Notes: generated by a model from the sequence alone, not told the origin. Shown: positions 8,761-19,216, counted from the stretch's first letter. The stretch: 64,000 nucleotides of DNA from Candidatus Latescibacterota bacterium (GCA_965204745.1 OZ242010.1:3773389-3837388), one strand, 5' to 3'. Program-made: numbers and translations.

Positions 8761-9441
8761 ATGATACTCCCGACTTCCGAAGAATATACCGTCCTCATCC
8801 TCTCGCTCGAGGTGGGCGTGTTGTGCGTGGTGATCAGCTTGCCGTTTGCGGTCTTGTTGGGGTGGGTGTTGGCGCGCAAGAATTTTCGCGGCAAGCTCCT
8901 CCTCGACGGCTTGTGTCATCTGCCGCTCGTGTTGCCGCCCGTCGTGGTGGGCTATTTGCTCCTCTTGGTATTGGGGCGGCGCGGGTTTTTGGGCCAACTA
9001 TTGAACGACTGGTTTGGCGTGCAAATCGCCTTTACGTGGCGCGGCGCGGTCCTCGCGGCGGCCGTGGTGGGGTTTCCGCTCATGTTGCGGGCCGTGCGCT
9101 TGGCGATTGAAAGCGTCGATCCCCGGCTTGAACGCGCAGCGCGCACCCTCGGCGCCAATCCGTTTCGCGCCTTTGTGTCCATCACCCTGCGCTTGGCCGC
9201 GCCGGGCGTGCTCGTGGGATGCCTCTTGGCATTTGCCCGCAGCTTGGGCGAATTTGGCGCCACCATCACCTTTGTCTCCAACATCGCCGGCGAAACCCGC
9301 ACCCTCCCGCTCGCCATTTTCACGTACATCAACCAGCCCGATGGCGAAGCCGCAGCGACGCGCTTGGTCGTCCTCTCCATCATCCTCTCCCTAGGCGCGC
9401 TCATCGGTAGCGAGGCCATCGCAAAAAAAATGAAACCGTAA
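8761..9441 (+). CDS. modB: molybdate ABC transporter permease
   Basis: ABC permease EAA-like region and ModB-like sequence; about 226 aa; start chosen at MILPTSEE. Confidence 0.8.
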   Translation: MILPTSEEYTVLILSLEVGVLCVVISLPFAVLLGWVLARKNFRGKLLLDGLCHLPLVLPPVVVGYLLLLVLGRRGFLGQLLNDWFGVQIAFTWRGAVLAAAVVGFPLMLRAVRLAIESVDPRLERAARTLGANPFRAFVSITLRLAAPGVLVGCLLAFARSLGEFGATITFVSNIAGETRTLPLAIFTYINQPDGEAAATRLVVLSIILSLGALIGSEAIAKKMKP

Positions 9442-9444
9442 GCC

Positions 9445-10197
9445 ATGCTCACCTTGCGCGTACACAAACAACTCGCTGAATTTGTCCTCGAAGTCGATGT
9501 GACGTGCGCTTGTCCGGTCACGGCGATATTCGGGCCATCGGGCGCGGGCAAGACCGCGATCCTCAATCTCGTCAGCGGCTTGATGCGCCCAGACAGCGGC
9601 GAAATCGCCTTGGATGGCGTCCCCATCTTCCACGCGGAAAAGGGTGTTGACCTGCCCCCGGAACAGCGGCGAATCGGCCATGTGTTTCAAGACGACCTGC
9701 TCTTTCCCCACTTGAGCGCGCGCCAAAACCTCGCGTATGGCTACCAATTTCTCGCCCCATCAGAACGCAAATTTCACCCCGATGCCATCGCGGACCTGCT
9801 CGAATTAACCGCCTTGCTCGACCGGAAGCCCGCGAGCCTTTCGGGCGGTGAACGCCAGCGAGTCGCGCTCGGGCGCGCCATCCTGACCTCGCCCAAGTTG
9901 CTCCTTTTGGACGAACCCTTGGCCGCGCTCGACCGGGAACTCAAAGATCGCATCATGCCCTATTTGCGCCACATTCGCACGGACTTGGGCATCCCCATGC
10001 TCTACGTGAGCCACGCGGTCGGGGAAATCCTGCAACTCACCGAGCGAGTCATCGTACTCAACCGCGGGCGAGTGCTCGCGCACGGCGCCTTCTCTTCTGT
10101 CGCGCACCAACCCCAAATCCTCCCCTTGCTCAAAGCACACGGGTTTGAGGGGAATGGCCGAAAAAATTTCCCTCAAAGTGCATCCAAAGACGGGTAA
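9445..10197 (+). CDS. modC: ABC transporter ATP-binding protein (ModC-like, lacks a TOBE domain)
   Basis: Walker A GPSGAGKT, signature LSGGERQRVALGRA, Walker B LLLLDEP. Confidence 0.8.
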   Translation: MLTLRVHKQLAEFVLEVDVTCACPVTAIFGPSGAGKTAILNLVSGLMRPDSGEIALDGVPIFHAEKGVDLPPEQRRIGHVFQDDLLFPHLSARQNLAYGYQFLAPSERKFHPDAIADLLELTALLDRKPASLSGGERQRVALGRAILTSPKLLLLDEPLAALDRELKDRIMPYLRHIRTDLGIPMLYVSHAVGEILQLTERVIVLNRGRVLAHGAFSSVAHQPQILPLLKAHGFEGNGRKNFPQSASKDG

Positions 10198-10481
10198 CAA
10201 TGAAAGGAAAAAAATCCCAAATTCTCCCTTGACGAATTGGGCTTCTCTGGGTATCTTTTCGCGGTCACAACCCATCACCCTCAAACAGGGAATCCATCGT
10301 GTATATTTTCAATCCCACACCATTGGGCTGAGTGTCCTGGTACGACATTCGCGGTAACACGAGAACTTTGCTTTCAATCTCGCCATCGTTGCTCTCCCTC
10401 ACGTCCCCCCAGGATCGCTCACAACGCACGCGCTTTGTCGCGCTTGGGGAGGATGTATGGCTTGTTGAACGCATCAAAGAA

Positions 10482-10550
10482 CAGGGCCATCCCTCGCCGG
10501 ATGGCCTTTTTTGAGGCCACAGCGCGACCAAAACGCGGTGGCCCTTTTTT
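10482..10550 (+). terminator. two tandem Rho-independent terminators
   Basis: GGCCATCCCTCGCCGGATGGCCTTTTTT, then GGCCACAGCGCGACCAAAACGCGGTGGCCCTTTTTTTTT. Confidence 0.65.
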
Positions 10551-10782
10551 TTTGAGGCGCGATGATGATTTGACGAACGAGTTGCACCCTCGAACTGGTA
10601 TCACGCCAACCAGAAAGGAGGTTCGACATGACGCCAGTGAAAACAAAAAGGCCCTCGCGCGAGTCTTTGGCCGGACGTCGCGAGGACCTCTGAGCACACC
10701 GATCAGTTAAGTGCGGTGTTCGCACAATTTAGGACAAATTTTCCATAACTGCAAATGGAATATAAACTTGTGGAGACAGCCC

Positions 10783-10974
10783 ATGCAAACGTGGAAGGAT
10801 GTGTTCCGCAGAAAAGAGGAATGGCAAAATCTGAAAAACATCGGATTTTGCATCTCGATCATCGTCGCGCTCGTCACGGGTTCGTACGCCCTGTCGTCGC
10901 TGCGCGACATCTTTCAAGTCTCGCGCGAGGCGCCCGCAGAGTGGGAAGTGACGCTCGACCTCGTCGAAGACTGA
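10783..10974 (+). CDS. small single-TM protein upstream of the ECF sigma factor (speculative)
   Basis: MQTWKDVFRRKEEWQNLKNIGFCISIIVALVTGSYAL..., one hydrophobic helix. Confidence 0.3.
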   Translation: MQTWKDVFRRKEEWQNLKNIGFCISIIVALVTGSYALSSLRDIFQVSREAPAEWEVTLDLVED

Positions 10975-11007
10975 ATCGACAACCATTTACCAAAAGGGTA
11001 CAAATCA

Positions 11008-11630
11008 TGCAGTATGCAGAAGAGAGGGACTTGGTGCGCCGCACCTTGAACGGCGATGCCCGCGCTTTCAACAGGCTCTACAAACGCCATCACCCCCGGA
11101 TTTTGGCAACCCTGATCGGGCGAACCCAAAACCGACACGATGCCGAAGACCTGATGCAAGTGACCTTCTTGCGCGCCTATCGCGGTTTGGCCGGGTTTCG
11201 CGGGGACGCCGCATTTTCGACTTGGCTGATGCAAATTGCCCTGAATGTGTGTACCACGCACCTGCGCGCCAAACAAGCCCGCAGGTCATGGCAAAAGACC
11301 ATCGAAGACCCGTTGCTGGGGTATCGAGACACATGGGAGCCTGCTGACGCAGAGCGGCCCGACGACGCGCTGTCTCGAAAGGAATGCCGCGAGATGCTCG
11401 AAGAACGCATCGCAGAATTGCCACAGCAATACCGCCACGCCGTGCGGTTGCACTATGTGCAAGATCGATCTTACGCAGAAATCGCCCGAGAGCTCGGCGT
11501 GCCCATGGGCACATTGAAAACCTGGTTGCACCGGGCGCGCCACCAGTTGCAAGCCTCGCTCAACGAGACCGAACTCGCTACGATTTGTTTCGCGCCTGTG
11601 GGACGGTCGGGCCTGACCCCTGACCACTAA
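11008..11630 (+). CDS. ECF (sigma-70 family) RNA polymerase sigma factor
   Basis: Region 2 LMQVTFLRAYRGLAGFRGDAAFSTWL and region 4 YAEIARELGVPMGTLKTWLHRAR. Confidence 0.85.
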
Positions 11631-11636
11631 CCCAGA

Positions 11637-11672
11637 GCCGCCGGTACTTAGCTATCGGCGGCTTTTTGTGTT
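11637..11672 (+). terminator. Rho-independent terminator
   Basis: GCCGCCGGTACTTAGCTATCGGCGGC followed by TTTTTG. Confidence 0.6.
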
Positions 11673-12007
11673 CATTAGATTGAGAGGCGATATGTTTTTC
11701 GCGTTCAAACCCGCAGCCGCCCGCCGCGATCCGGTCAACGCATTGCGTTGCGAATGAGCACGAGAATTTTCCCTGTTGACAGAACCGGGGAAACCGCGAT
11801 ATTAGCGGCCCGCAATCAACCCCATCGCCCCACCACTCGGGGCCGGGTGGCGGGGCGGACTGACAACTGACAACCGACAACTGACAACGGCGTTGTTGCA
11901 TAAATAGCAATTTCCTGCAAGTTGGGATAGCAAAAAGACAGGCTCCTTCGTAGATTGGGCATATAGATCACCAAACACCACTCACCCTTTCTCACCAGGA
12001 ACCTGTC

Positions 12008-12631
12008 ATGCCCAAGATAACCGCTTCCCTGACCGCTGTCAAGTCCCCGCGTCGCCCGCGTCGCCCGCGCTGTGCGCCTGTCTATCGGGTCCGGAACTGG
12101 GCGGCCTACGAGGCCGGTCTCAAGCAGCGGGGCAGTCTGACGTTTTGGATTACGCCGCAAGCCCTTCGGGGGTGGTACCATCAAGGGCCAACGCAACGGG
12201 GGAGGCAAAACACCTTTTCAGATTTGGCTATTCAAACGGCGTTGATGGTGCGCTTGGTCTCTGCCTTGCCCCTGCGTCAAACCGAGGGGTTTCTCACATC
12301 CATCCTGGCGTTGATGGGGGTGGCTTTGCGCGTGCCCGATCATACGACTCTCTGCCGGCGACAGGGCGATTTGAATGTGGATTTACCTGTCCAATCCCAT
12401 CATGCGCCGATCCACTTAGTGGTGGATTCTACCGGCCTGAAAGTGTATGGCGAAGGCGAATGGAAGGTGCGTCAACACGGCTTTTGCAAACGCCGGACTT
12501 GGCGCAAATTGCACATCGGCGTCGATGAGGCCACCGGGGAGCTTGTCGCACAGACCCTGACTTCGGCAAGCGTTGATGACGCTTCGCAGGTCAAACCCTT
12601 GCTCGATCAAGTCCTGGCCCCTGTGATATGA
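12008..12631 (+). CDS. IS5-family transposase orfA (N-terminal part)
   Basis: YRVRNWAAYEAGLKQRGSLTFWI motif typical of IS5/DDE_Tnp_1. Confidence 0.8.
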   Translation: MPKITASLTAVKSPRRPRRPRCAPVYRVRNWAAYEAGLKQRGSLTFWITPQALRGWYHQGPTQRGRQNTFSDLAIQTALMVRLVSALPLRQTEGFLTSILALMGVALRVPDHTTLCRRQGDLNVDLPVQSHHAPIHLVVDSTGLKVYGEGEWKVRQHGFCKRRTWRKLHIGVDEATGELVAQTLTSASVDDASQVKPLLDQVLAPVI

Positions 12632-13020
12632 TGGGCGCAGATGGCGGCTATGACAAACGCAAGGTCTTCAACCTCTTGGCTTCCCCCAAACAAGGAGCCC
12701 CCATCCGACCCCTGATTCCCCCGCGCCATGACGCGAAAATTGAACAACACGGAAACAGGAAGGCGCCCCGCCTCGCTCGCGATGAAATCATCCGAGCCAT
12801 CCGGCGTCAAGGCCGCCGACAGTGGAAACGCACCCGTGGCTATCATCGTCGCTCGGTCGTTGAAACCCAACTATGCCGCTACAAACAACGCATTGGGCGG
12901 CAGTTGCGCGCACGAAGTCAGGAGAACCAAGAAACGGAAGCGCGGTTGGGATGTGCGGTGCTCAATCGCATGATGAGGATCGCGAAACCCGTGTCCTATC
13001 CCAGAGAAAGAGGGGCTTAA
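12628..13020 (+). CDS. IS5-family transposase orfB (C-terminal part, -1 frame; either a programmed frameshift or a pseudogene)
   Basis: ETQLCRYKQRIGRQLRARS...LNRMMRI C-terminal motif of IS5-family transposases; overlaps orfA by 4 nt in the -1 frame. Confidence 0.75.
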   Translation: MMGADGGYDKRKVFNLLASPKQGAPIRPLIPPRHDAKIEQHGNRKAPRLARDEIIRAIRRQGRRQWKRTRGYHRRSVVETQLCRYKQRIGRQLRARSQENQETEARLGCAVLNRMMRIAKPVSYPRERGA

Positions 13021-13121
13021 ATCTCGCGGGAAAGGGACGAACTTTGCCACGACAACATTTATGCAACAACGCCACTGACTACTGACTACTGACTACTGAC
13101 TACTGACTACTGTCGTTACCC

Positions 13122-14897
13122 TCAAACCCGATCCGCAATCGCCCCCCGCGGTTTTGGGCGGTGGAGCGGGCACTCGGCGGGGCATGATCGCTTGCAGGGG
13201 TATTGGTCATCCAATGATGCCCAAGCGCACGCCAAGGCCCGATCCAAGGTGATGTGAAAGCGATCCCTGCCAATGGCGTGGAGCATGCCCGCACGGTCGA
13301 GCGCGTCTGCGATCTGCTTTTTGGTCCGCGCAAATAGCACTTCCACGCCGGCCTCGTGTAGCCGTTGCACCACGCGAATGAGCATGTCCTCGCCCGTGGC
13401 GTCGATCTCGTTCATCCCCTCGGCATCCACAATTACATAGCGCAATTTGGGGTCGCCGATCCGATCTAAAATGGCGTCTTCAAACGCGCCTGCACTGCCG
13501 AAGTACAAAGAGCCGTCAAATCGCATGGTGGCGATGGCATCGCACAATTCCAAGTCGTGTTCTATCGCGTCTCGAAACGCGCCGTCCGGATGCCGGGCTA
13601 GAAAGGCCACGCGCGGTTTCATGGTGCGGTAGAGGTACAGGACGAGGGACAGGGTCGCGCCGATCAAAATGCCCTTGTCGAGGTGGGGCGCGAAAATGAG
13701 GGTCAGCGCGAAGGACGAGAGGGCCACGATGCCATCGTGCTTGTGAACCCGCCACGCGCGCACGATGGGTTTGACGTGTAGCAACCCGGCCACAGACACC
13801 ATGACGATTGCCGCCAAGGTGGCCAAGGGCATGTGGTACAAGAGTTGCGTGAAGAACAGCAGTAGCAAGATGACCACCAGCCCGGCGATGACAGACGCAA
13901 ATCCGGTTTGACCGCCTGCGCGCAAGGTGACTGTGGATCGCACAAACGAGCCGGAAACCGGAAAGCTCTGAAAAAAGCTGCCCGCGATGTTGCTCAAGCC
14001 CTGCGCGAGCAATTCCCGATTGGCGTCGATGCGCTGGCGCGTCTGTGCGGCGATGGCCTTGGCGATAGAGATGGTCTCCAAATAGCCGATGAGCGCGATG
14101 GTGATGGCCGCGCCAAACAGGGTCGGCACGATGCCCCAGTCCATGCTCGGCACGGCAAAAGTGGGCATGCCTTGGGGGATGTTGCCCACGACCTGGCCGC
14201 CGTAATTGCGTTCAAACCCGATGAGCCACGACACCCCGGTGGTGAGCAGGGCGACGATCAGCACATTGGGGATTTGCGGGTTGACGCGCCGCAGTGCGAA
14301 TAACAACGCAATCGCGGACGCGCCCATGATCAAAGTGGGCGTGTGAAAGCCCGCTGAAATCACGTCCCACATGCGGAGTACGCGCTCGTAATGCGCCCCC
14401 CCGCGTTCTGCGCTGACGCCGAATAATTTGTCGATTTGAGACGTGCCGATGATGATGGCCGCGGCATTGGTGAACCCGAGCACGACCGGATGCGCGAGAA
14501 AGTTCACCATCGCGCCCAAGCGCAACGCGCCCAGCCCAAATTGCAACACCCCGACCATCAGGGCCAACAAAATAGCGTAGGCGATATACGCTTCTTCGCC
14601 CACGGATAATTGCCCTAATTCAGAGGCGACCATCAAGGCGACGAGCGCGACCGGGCCCGTGGAGAGTTGGCGAGACGACCCGAACAGCGCGCTGACCATA
14701 ATGGGCACAAACGAGGCGTAAAAGCCGTAATAAGGCGGCATCTCGGCCAGTTGTGCATTGGCCATGGCCTGCGGGATCAACACCAGCGACAAGGTGATCC
14801 CCGCCATGATATCCGCACGCAAAACGCGCCCATCTTTGAGTTCGCCAATCCAACCGAGAAATGGCAAATACCGCCCAAGTCCATGCTGTCGCACCAT
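13122..14897 (-). CDS. SulP-family anion permease with C-terminal STAS domain
   Basis: Multiple TM helices, the SulP signature region, and a C-terminal STAS-like segment. Confidence 0.85.
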   Translation of the reverse strand: MVRQHGLGRYLPFLGWIGELKDGRVLRADIMAGITLSLVLIPQAMANAQLAEMPPYYGFYASFVPIMVSALFGSSRQLSTGPVALVALMVASELGQLSVGEEAYIAYAILLALMVGVLQFGLGALRLGAMVNFLAHPVVLGFTNAAAIIIGTSQIDKLFGVSAERGGAHYERVLRMWDVISAGFHTPTLIMGASAIALLFALRRVNPQIPNVLIVALLTTGVSWLIGFERNYGGQVVGNIPQGMPTFAVPSMDWGIVPTLFGAAITIALIGYLETISIAKAIAAQTRQRIDANRELLAQGLSNIAGSFFQSFPVSGSFVRSTVTLRAGGQTGFASVIAGLVVILLLLFFTQLLYHMPLATLAAIVMVSVAGLLHVKPIVRAWRVHKHDGIVALSSFALTLIFAPHLDKGILIGATLSLVLYLYRTMKPRVAFLARHPDGAFRDAIEHDLELCDAIATMRFDGSLYFGSAGAFEDAILDRIGDPKLRYVIVDAEGMNEIDATGEDMLIRVVQRLHEAGVEVLFARTKKQIADALDRAGMLHAIGRDRFHITLDRALACAWASLDDQYPCKRSCPAECPLHRPKPRGAIADRV

Positions 14898-14999
14898 CGC
14901 ATTTCCCCATCCGTGATTGAGATGAGCCACCTTTTGTGCCTTTTGTGCCTTTTGTGGCTAAACTTCCCTCTTGCGTCTCCCCTCTTGTATCTTGGAAGT

Positions 15000-16270
15000 A
15001 AGGGTTAATTAGGAGTTGCGCCCTCGTATCGAGATAAGCCATCTTGATGCCCGGCTCGGGGAAGGCCGGCCCCTCTTGAAGGCGATGACCTTGTAGGTAA
15101 GATAGGCCCCCCGACCGCCGGGTCTATGCCGAAGAGTATCTAAGCCCCTTGAGGCTGCATATACAAGACCGGTAGACTTGGCGTCAATGGTCGGGACGCG
15201 ACCCCGAGCGCGCACCAGATCCCTTACAACCCCCTCATCACAGGAGGCCCCCATGTCGAAATCTCACCCCGCTTTTGCCGGCATTGATGTCAGTGCCCGC
15301 ACGTTGTCCGTTGCCCTGTCCAGACCCGGACAAGCTGTCATGCAAGCGACCTTTGCCAATGATCCCCAAGCGCATAAGCGGTTGCTGAAGTGGCTCACGA
15401 AGGGCGGGCACATGGTCTCTGTGTGCCTCGAAGCGACCGGGCTTTACAGTTTGGGGGTGGCCTTGGCCTTGCATCGGCATCGCCACACAAAGGTCATGGT
15501 CGTCAATCCCAAAGCGATGAGCAAGTACGCCCAAGCCTGCATGCAACGGGCGAAGACGGATGCGAAGGATGCGTTGTTGATCCTCGACTATGCCGAGCGC
15601 ATGCCTTTTGTGCCTTGGCAAGCGCCGAGCGAGCAACGGCTTCAACTGCAAGCCCTCACCAGACGCATTGACCAACTCAAGCAGGAGATCATCCGCGAAC
15701 AGAGCCGCAACCACGCGCAGAGCTACCACATCCGCAGCACACGTCTCATCGCACGCGATATTCAGGTGAATATTCGACACTTCAAACGCCGGATTGCATA
15801 CTTGGAAAGCCAAGCCCTCGATCTCGTTTTGCACGATGAGCCCCTCAAGCGTGCCTACCAACGCCTCTGCTCGACGCCTGGCATCGCGCAAACGAGTGCC
15901 TTGCGGCTCTTGGCCGAGTTGACCCTTTTGCCAGAGGAGATGCAACCGCCCCAGTGGGTCGCACATGCAGGCCTGGATCCCAAACCCAAACAATCCGGAA
16001 CCGCCAATCCACAAAGACGCATCTCGAAAACCGGGAATAAGTACCTCCGCCATGCCCTCTATATGCCTGCCTGGGTGGCCATCAGACACGAAGGCCATGT
16101 CAAAGCCTTCTATGACCAACTCATCGCCCGCGGCAAGAAACCTTTGCAGGCTATCGTTGCGGTGATGCGAAAGTTGCTCCATTCGATCTGGGGCATGTTG
16201 CGCCATGACCAAGATTTTGAGGGCGAAAAATTCTATCGAATCACCCCGAAAACCCCTTGACCTTTTAAGA
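15000..16270 (+). mobile_element. IS110-family insertion sequence (boundaries approximate)
   Basis: Single DEDD transposase gene flanked by microsatellites: (CCTTTTGTG)3 upstream and (GCCTCTT)5 downstream. Confidence 0.5.
15253..16260 (+). CDS. IS110-family transposase
   Basis: N-terminal FAGIDVS...CLEATG DEDD domain and a C-terminal YLRHALYMPAWVAI region; RBS CAGGAGG. Confidence 0.9.
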   Translation: MSKSHPAFAGIDVSARTLSVALSRPGQAVMQATFANDPQAHKRLLKWLTKGGHMVSVCLEATGLYSLGVALALHRHRHTKVMVVNPKAMSKYAQACMQRAKTDAKDALLILDYAERMPFVPWQAPSEQRLQLQALTRRIDQLKQEIIREQSRNHAQSYHIRSTRLIARDIQVNIRHFKRRIAYLESQALDLVLHDEPLKRAYQRLCSTPGIAQTSALRLLAELTLLPEEMQPPQWVAHAGLDPKPKQSGTANPQRRISKTGNKYLRHALYMPAWVAIRHEGHVKAFYDQLIARGKKPLQAIVAVMRKLLHSIWGMLRHDQDFEGEKFYRITPKTP

Positions 16271-16445
16271 GAGTATCTTGCCTCTTGCCTCTTGCCTCTT
16301 GCCTCTTGCCTCGTTAATCTGCTCAACGCAACCAGAAAGTGCAAGGAGAAATCCGCCTCCCTTAAAAACGCTACACGGAACCTCAATTTGTGTTATATTG
16401 TAAGCGCGTTCGCATTTTGTAAAACCATTAAAATGGGAGGATTGT

Positions 16446-17984
16446 ATGTATGGTAGGTTTTTGCTGTTGGCCTTGCTGATAGGGTCGTTTTTGTTCGGTT
16501 CTGTGTTCACGCAGGAAGCGTCGGCAGGCGAGTCGCCAGAAGGAATTGAAGCACTTACAACGGCTTTGAATGAATATCTGGGCACTGTTGTCGGGTTTCT
16601 GGCAAATATTTTGTTTCAAGATTTTGGCACCAGTATTCCGCTCATTGTCGTTATCCTGTTTGGCGGCGGAGTCTATTACTCTTTTTATTTTCGCTGGATT
16701 TCCCTGCGCGGGTTCAAGCATTCGCTCGATGTGATTCGCGGACGGTATGATCACCCCGATCATCCCGGCGAAATTTCACACTTTAAGGCACTGACTAGCG
16801 CGTTGTCAGCAACTGTGGGATTGGGAAATATCGCCGGAGTTGCAATCGCAATCAGTCTGGGTGGGCCTGGTGCTGTTTTTTGGATGATTATCACTGCATT
16901 TTTTGGCATGGCATCAAAGCTGGCATCTTGCACGCTGGCCGTTATGCACAGGAAAATTCATCCAGATGGTCGGGTGTCAGGTGGGCCGATGTATTACTTA
17001 GAGCACGGTCTTTCAGAAAAAGGACTCAGGCCATTGGGTCGCACGCTGGCCGTGATTTTTGCCCTATTGACAATTGGCGGTTCTTTGGGTGGCGGCAATA
17101 TGTTTCAGGCCAACCAAACCCTTGAAATTCTCGGCACAGTGTCTGAAAGTTTTGTAACATATAATTGGGTGATGGGTATTATTATGGCGGTATTTGTAGC
17201 CATTGTCATCATCGGCGGGATCAAGCGCATTGGCAATGTCACGTCGCGCATCGTGCCCGTTATGTGTGGCCTGTATGTTCTGACCTCAATCCTGATTATT
17301 TTTTGGCATATTACAGAAGTTCCTGCTCTTATTGCTGGCATTATCATACAGGCATTCACGCCTGAAGCGATGTATGGCGGGTTTATTGGGGTGCTCGTAA
17401 ATGGGGTTAAACGGGCTGCATTTTCCAATGAAGCAGGGCTGGGGTCCGCGGCCTTTGCCCACGCGGCGGCCAAAACAGATGAACCCGCGCGCGAGGGGAT
17501 GGTCGCCATGATCGGGCCTTTTATCGACACCATTGTGATATGTTCGATGACCGCGCTGGTCTGCATGATCACAGGCGCGTATCAGCTTCCGGAGTTTCAA
17601 GGTCAATCAGACTGGATTGTCGGGGCTAAAATGACGGCCGTTGCATTCGATTCCTTCATCCCAGGGGCGCGGTACGTGCTCGCAATTGCCGTGATGCTTT
17701 TTGCGTATTCCACGATGATTTCTTGGTCCTATTACGGCGAGCGCGCATGGGAGTATTTGTTTGGGACGAATGCGACGCTCATCTATCGGATCATTTTTGT
17801 GTGCTTTGTATTTATCGGATCGGTCACTACGCTCAAAAATGTGCTTGATTTTTCTGACATGATGATCCTGGGCATGGCTTTCCCCAACATCATCGGCGGC
17901 ATCATCCTAAGCCCGCAGATCAAAGCCACGCTCCAAGAATACTGGGCGCGGCTAAAATCCGGCGAGATGAAGACGTACAGATAA
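16446..17984 (+). CDS. alanine/glycine:cation symporter (AGCS family)
   Basis: Typical AGCS sequence (ALTSALSATVGLGNIAGVA...), about 11 TM helices. Confidence 0.85.
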   Translation: MYGRFLLLALLIGSFLFGSVFTQEASAGESPEGIEALTTALNEYLGTVVGFLANILFQDFGTSIPLIVVILFGGGVYYSFYFRWISLRGFKHSLDVIRGRYDHPDHPGEISHFKALTSALSATVGLGNIAGVAIAISLGGPGAVFWMIITAFFGMASKLASCTLAVMHRKIHPDGRVSGGPMYYLEHGLSEKGLRPLGRTLAVIFALLTIGGSLGGGNMFQANQTLEILGTVSESFVTYNWVMGIIMAVFVAIVIIGGIKRIGNVTSRIVPVMCGLYVLTSILIIFWHITEVPALIAGIIIQAFTPEAMYGGFIGVLVNGVKRAAFSNEAGLGSAAFAHAAAKTDEPAREGMVAMIGPFIDTIVICSMTALVCMITGAYQLPEFQGQSDWIVGAKMTAVAFDSFIPGARYVLAIAVMLFAYSTMISWSYYGERAWEYLFGTNATLIYRIIFVCFVFIGSVTTLKNVLDFSDMMILGMAFPNIIGGIILSPQIKATLQEYWARLKSGEMKTYR

Positions 17985-18002
17985 TTCGCGTTGTTCGGCG
18001 AG

Positions 18003-18040
18003 ACAAAACGGGTTCCCCCTCAAAGGTGAACCCGTTTTTT
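18003..18040 (+). terminator. Rho-independent terminator after the symporter
   Basis: AACGGGTTCcccctcaaaggtGAACCCGTT followed by TTTT. Confidence 0.6.
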
Positions 18041-18070
18041 ATGAAACAGCGATCAGCTGTGGTTTCTCTC

Positions 18071-19216
18071 ATGAATAATCCCACCCAAAACATCGCCATC
18101 ATCGGCACGGGGATTGTCGGGGCGTCTATCGCAGTTCACCTCGCACGGCGCGGCGCGAGCGTGCATGTGATCGATGCGGGGACGCCCGGCAAGCAACGGG
18201 CAATGGCGAGTCAACCGGCCACGTATGTCTCCTTTGCGTGGATGAATGCGCGAGACAAAGACCCGAGGCACTACCACCTGTTCAACCGACGGTCCCTCGA
18301 CATGTGGCCGCGATTTGTGCAACGGTTGGGCATCTCCCAAAGCGCGACCTGGGGCGGGGAATTGCGGTGGGCTTCTACAGAGGATGGGGCGCGAGAATTG
18401 GTCGCGCGCGTGGGCGTTTTGCAGTCGTGGGGCTATCCCATCCGCCTGTTGGACGCCGAGAAGATGAAAGCGCTGGCGCCAGGGTTGACCCCCGGCGTGG
18501 TCACAGCGGCCTCTTATACGGATGTGGATGGACACGCAGATACGGGCGCGGTGGTGGGCGCGTGTGTGAAACACTTGCAGGAATGGGGCGCGGACCTGTG
18601 GTTTGACACGCGCGTTGTGGGGCTGGCGCGCTCCGGGTCACGGATCGCGGCGGTTGTGACGGACAAAGGCGAGGTGCCCTGCGATGTGGTGGTGCTCGCA
18701 GGCGGCGCAGATACCGCGCATCTCGCGGCAATGGCCGGTTTGGATGTGCCCATGGATCACACGTATGGATGTACGATTTTGACCGATCCCGTGCCCCCGG
18801 TGTTCGAGACCGCGGCGGTGGTGCATTCCCCACGCGATTGCCCGCCGCAGACCAATATCCGGCAGTTGCCCAATGGCTCTGTGATGTTGCACGGCAGCGC
18901 GCACGGGCGCGTGTATGACGGCGGTTCACTGGGGCGGACGGATGGCGAAGTGCAGCGCGTTGTGGATGCGGTCACGCGATTTTTACCAGCCATTGCGGGC
19001 GTGCCTATAAGCGAGGTTCGGCGCGGGCGTCGCCCCATTCCAAAAGATGGCCTTCCCATTCTCGGCTTTTCCGAACGGGTGCCCAATTTGTACCTGTCCG
19101 TCACCCACAGCGGCGTGACCCTCGCGCCCATCATCGGCGAATGCGCGGTCATTGAAATTTTGGATGACGCTCGAATAGATTTCCTAACGCCCTATCGCCT
19201 CGCACGATTTGGATGA
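18071..19216 (+). CDS. FAD-dependent oxidoreductase (D-amino-acid oxidase/ThiO/DadA family)
   Basis: IAIIGTGIVGASIAVHLARRG dinucleotide-binding motif; DAO-family length. Confidence 0.8.
   Translation: MNNPTQNIAIIGTGIVGASIAVHLARRGASVHVIDAGTPGKQRAMASQPATYVSFAWMNARDKDPRHYHLFNRRSLDMWPRFVQRLGISQSATWGGELRWASTEDGARELVARVGVLQSWGYPIRLLDAEKMKALAPGLTPGVVTAASYTDVDGHADTGAVVGACVKHLQEWGADLWFDTRVVGLARSGSRIAAVVTDKGEVPCDVVVLAGGADTAHLAAMAGLDVPMDHTYGCTILTDPVPPVFETAAVVHSPRDCPPQTNIRQLPNGSVMLHGSAHGRVYDGGSLGRTDGEVQRVVDAVTRFLPAIAGVPISEVRRGRRPIPKDGLPILGFSERVPNLYLSVTHSGVTLAPIIGECAVIEILDDARIDFLTPYRLARFG

Larger units (their letters stand above)
11889..13073 (+). mobile_element. IS5-family insertion sequence (IS427-like, two ORFs with a -1 frame relationship)
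   Basis: 17-bp terminal inverted repeats GGCGTTGTTGCATAAAT (11889-11905) and its reverse complement (13057-13073). Inserted inside a heptamer array: (CTGACAA)n on the left, (CTGACTA)n on the right. Confidence 0.8.

Noticed and set aside
12008-13020. Two separate transposase genes
   Set aside because: orfA and orfB are the N- and C-terminal halves of one IS5-family transposase in a -1 frame relationship. They are treated as one element (frameshifting or pseudogene), not as two independent genes.
15238-16386. 382-aa minus-strand ORF antisense to the IS110 transposase
   Set aside because: Shadow ORF; the plus-strand transposase has an RBS and clear family motifs.
16270-16445. Glycine riboswitch upstream of the AGCS symporter
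   Set aside because: No GGAGAG...CACCGAAGGGGCAA-type conserved cores; the region is an AT-rich promoter plus a (GCCTCTT)5 microsatellite.
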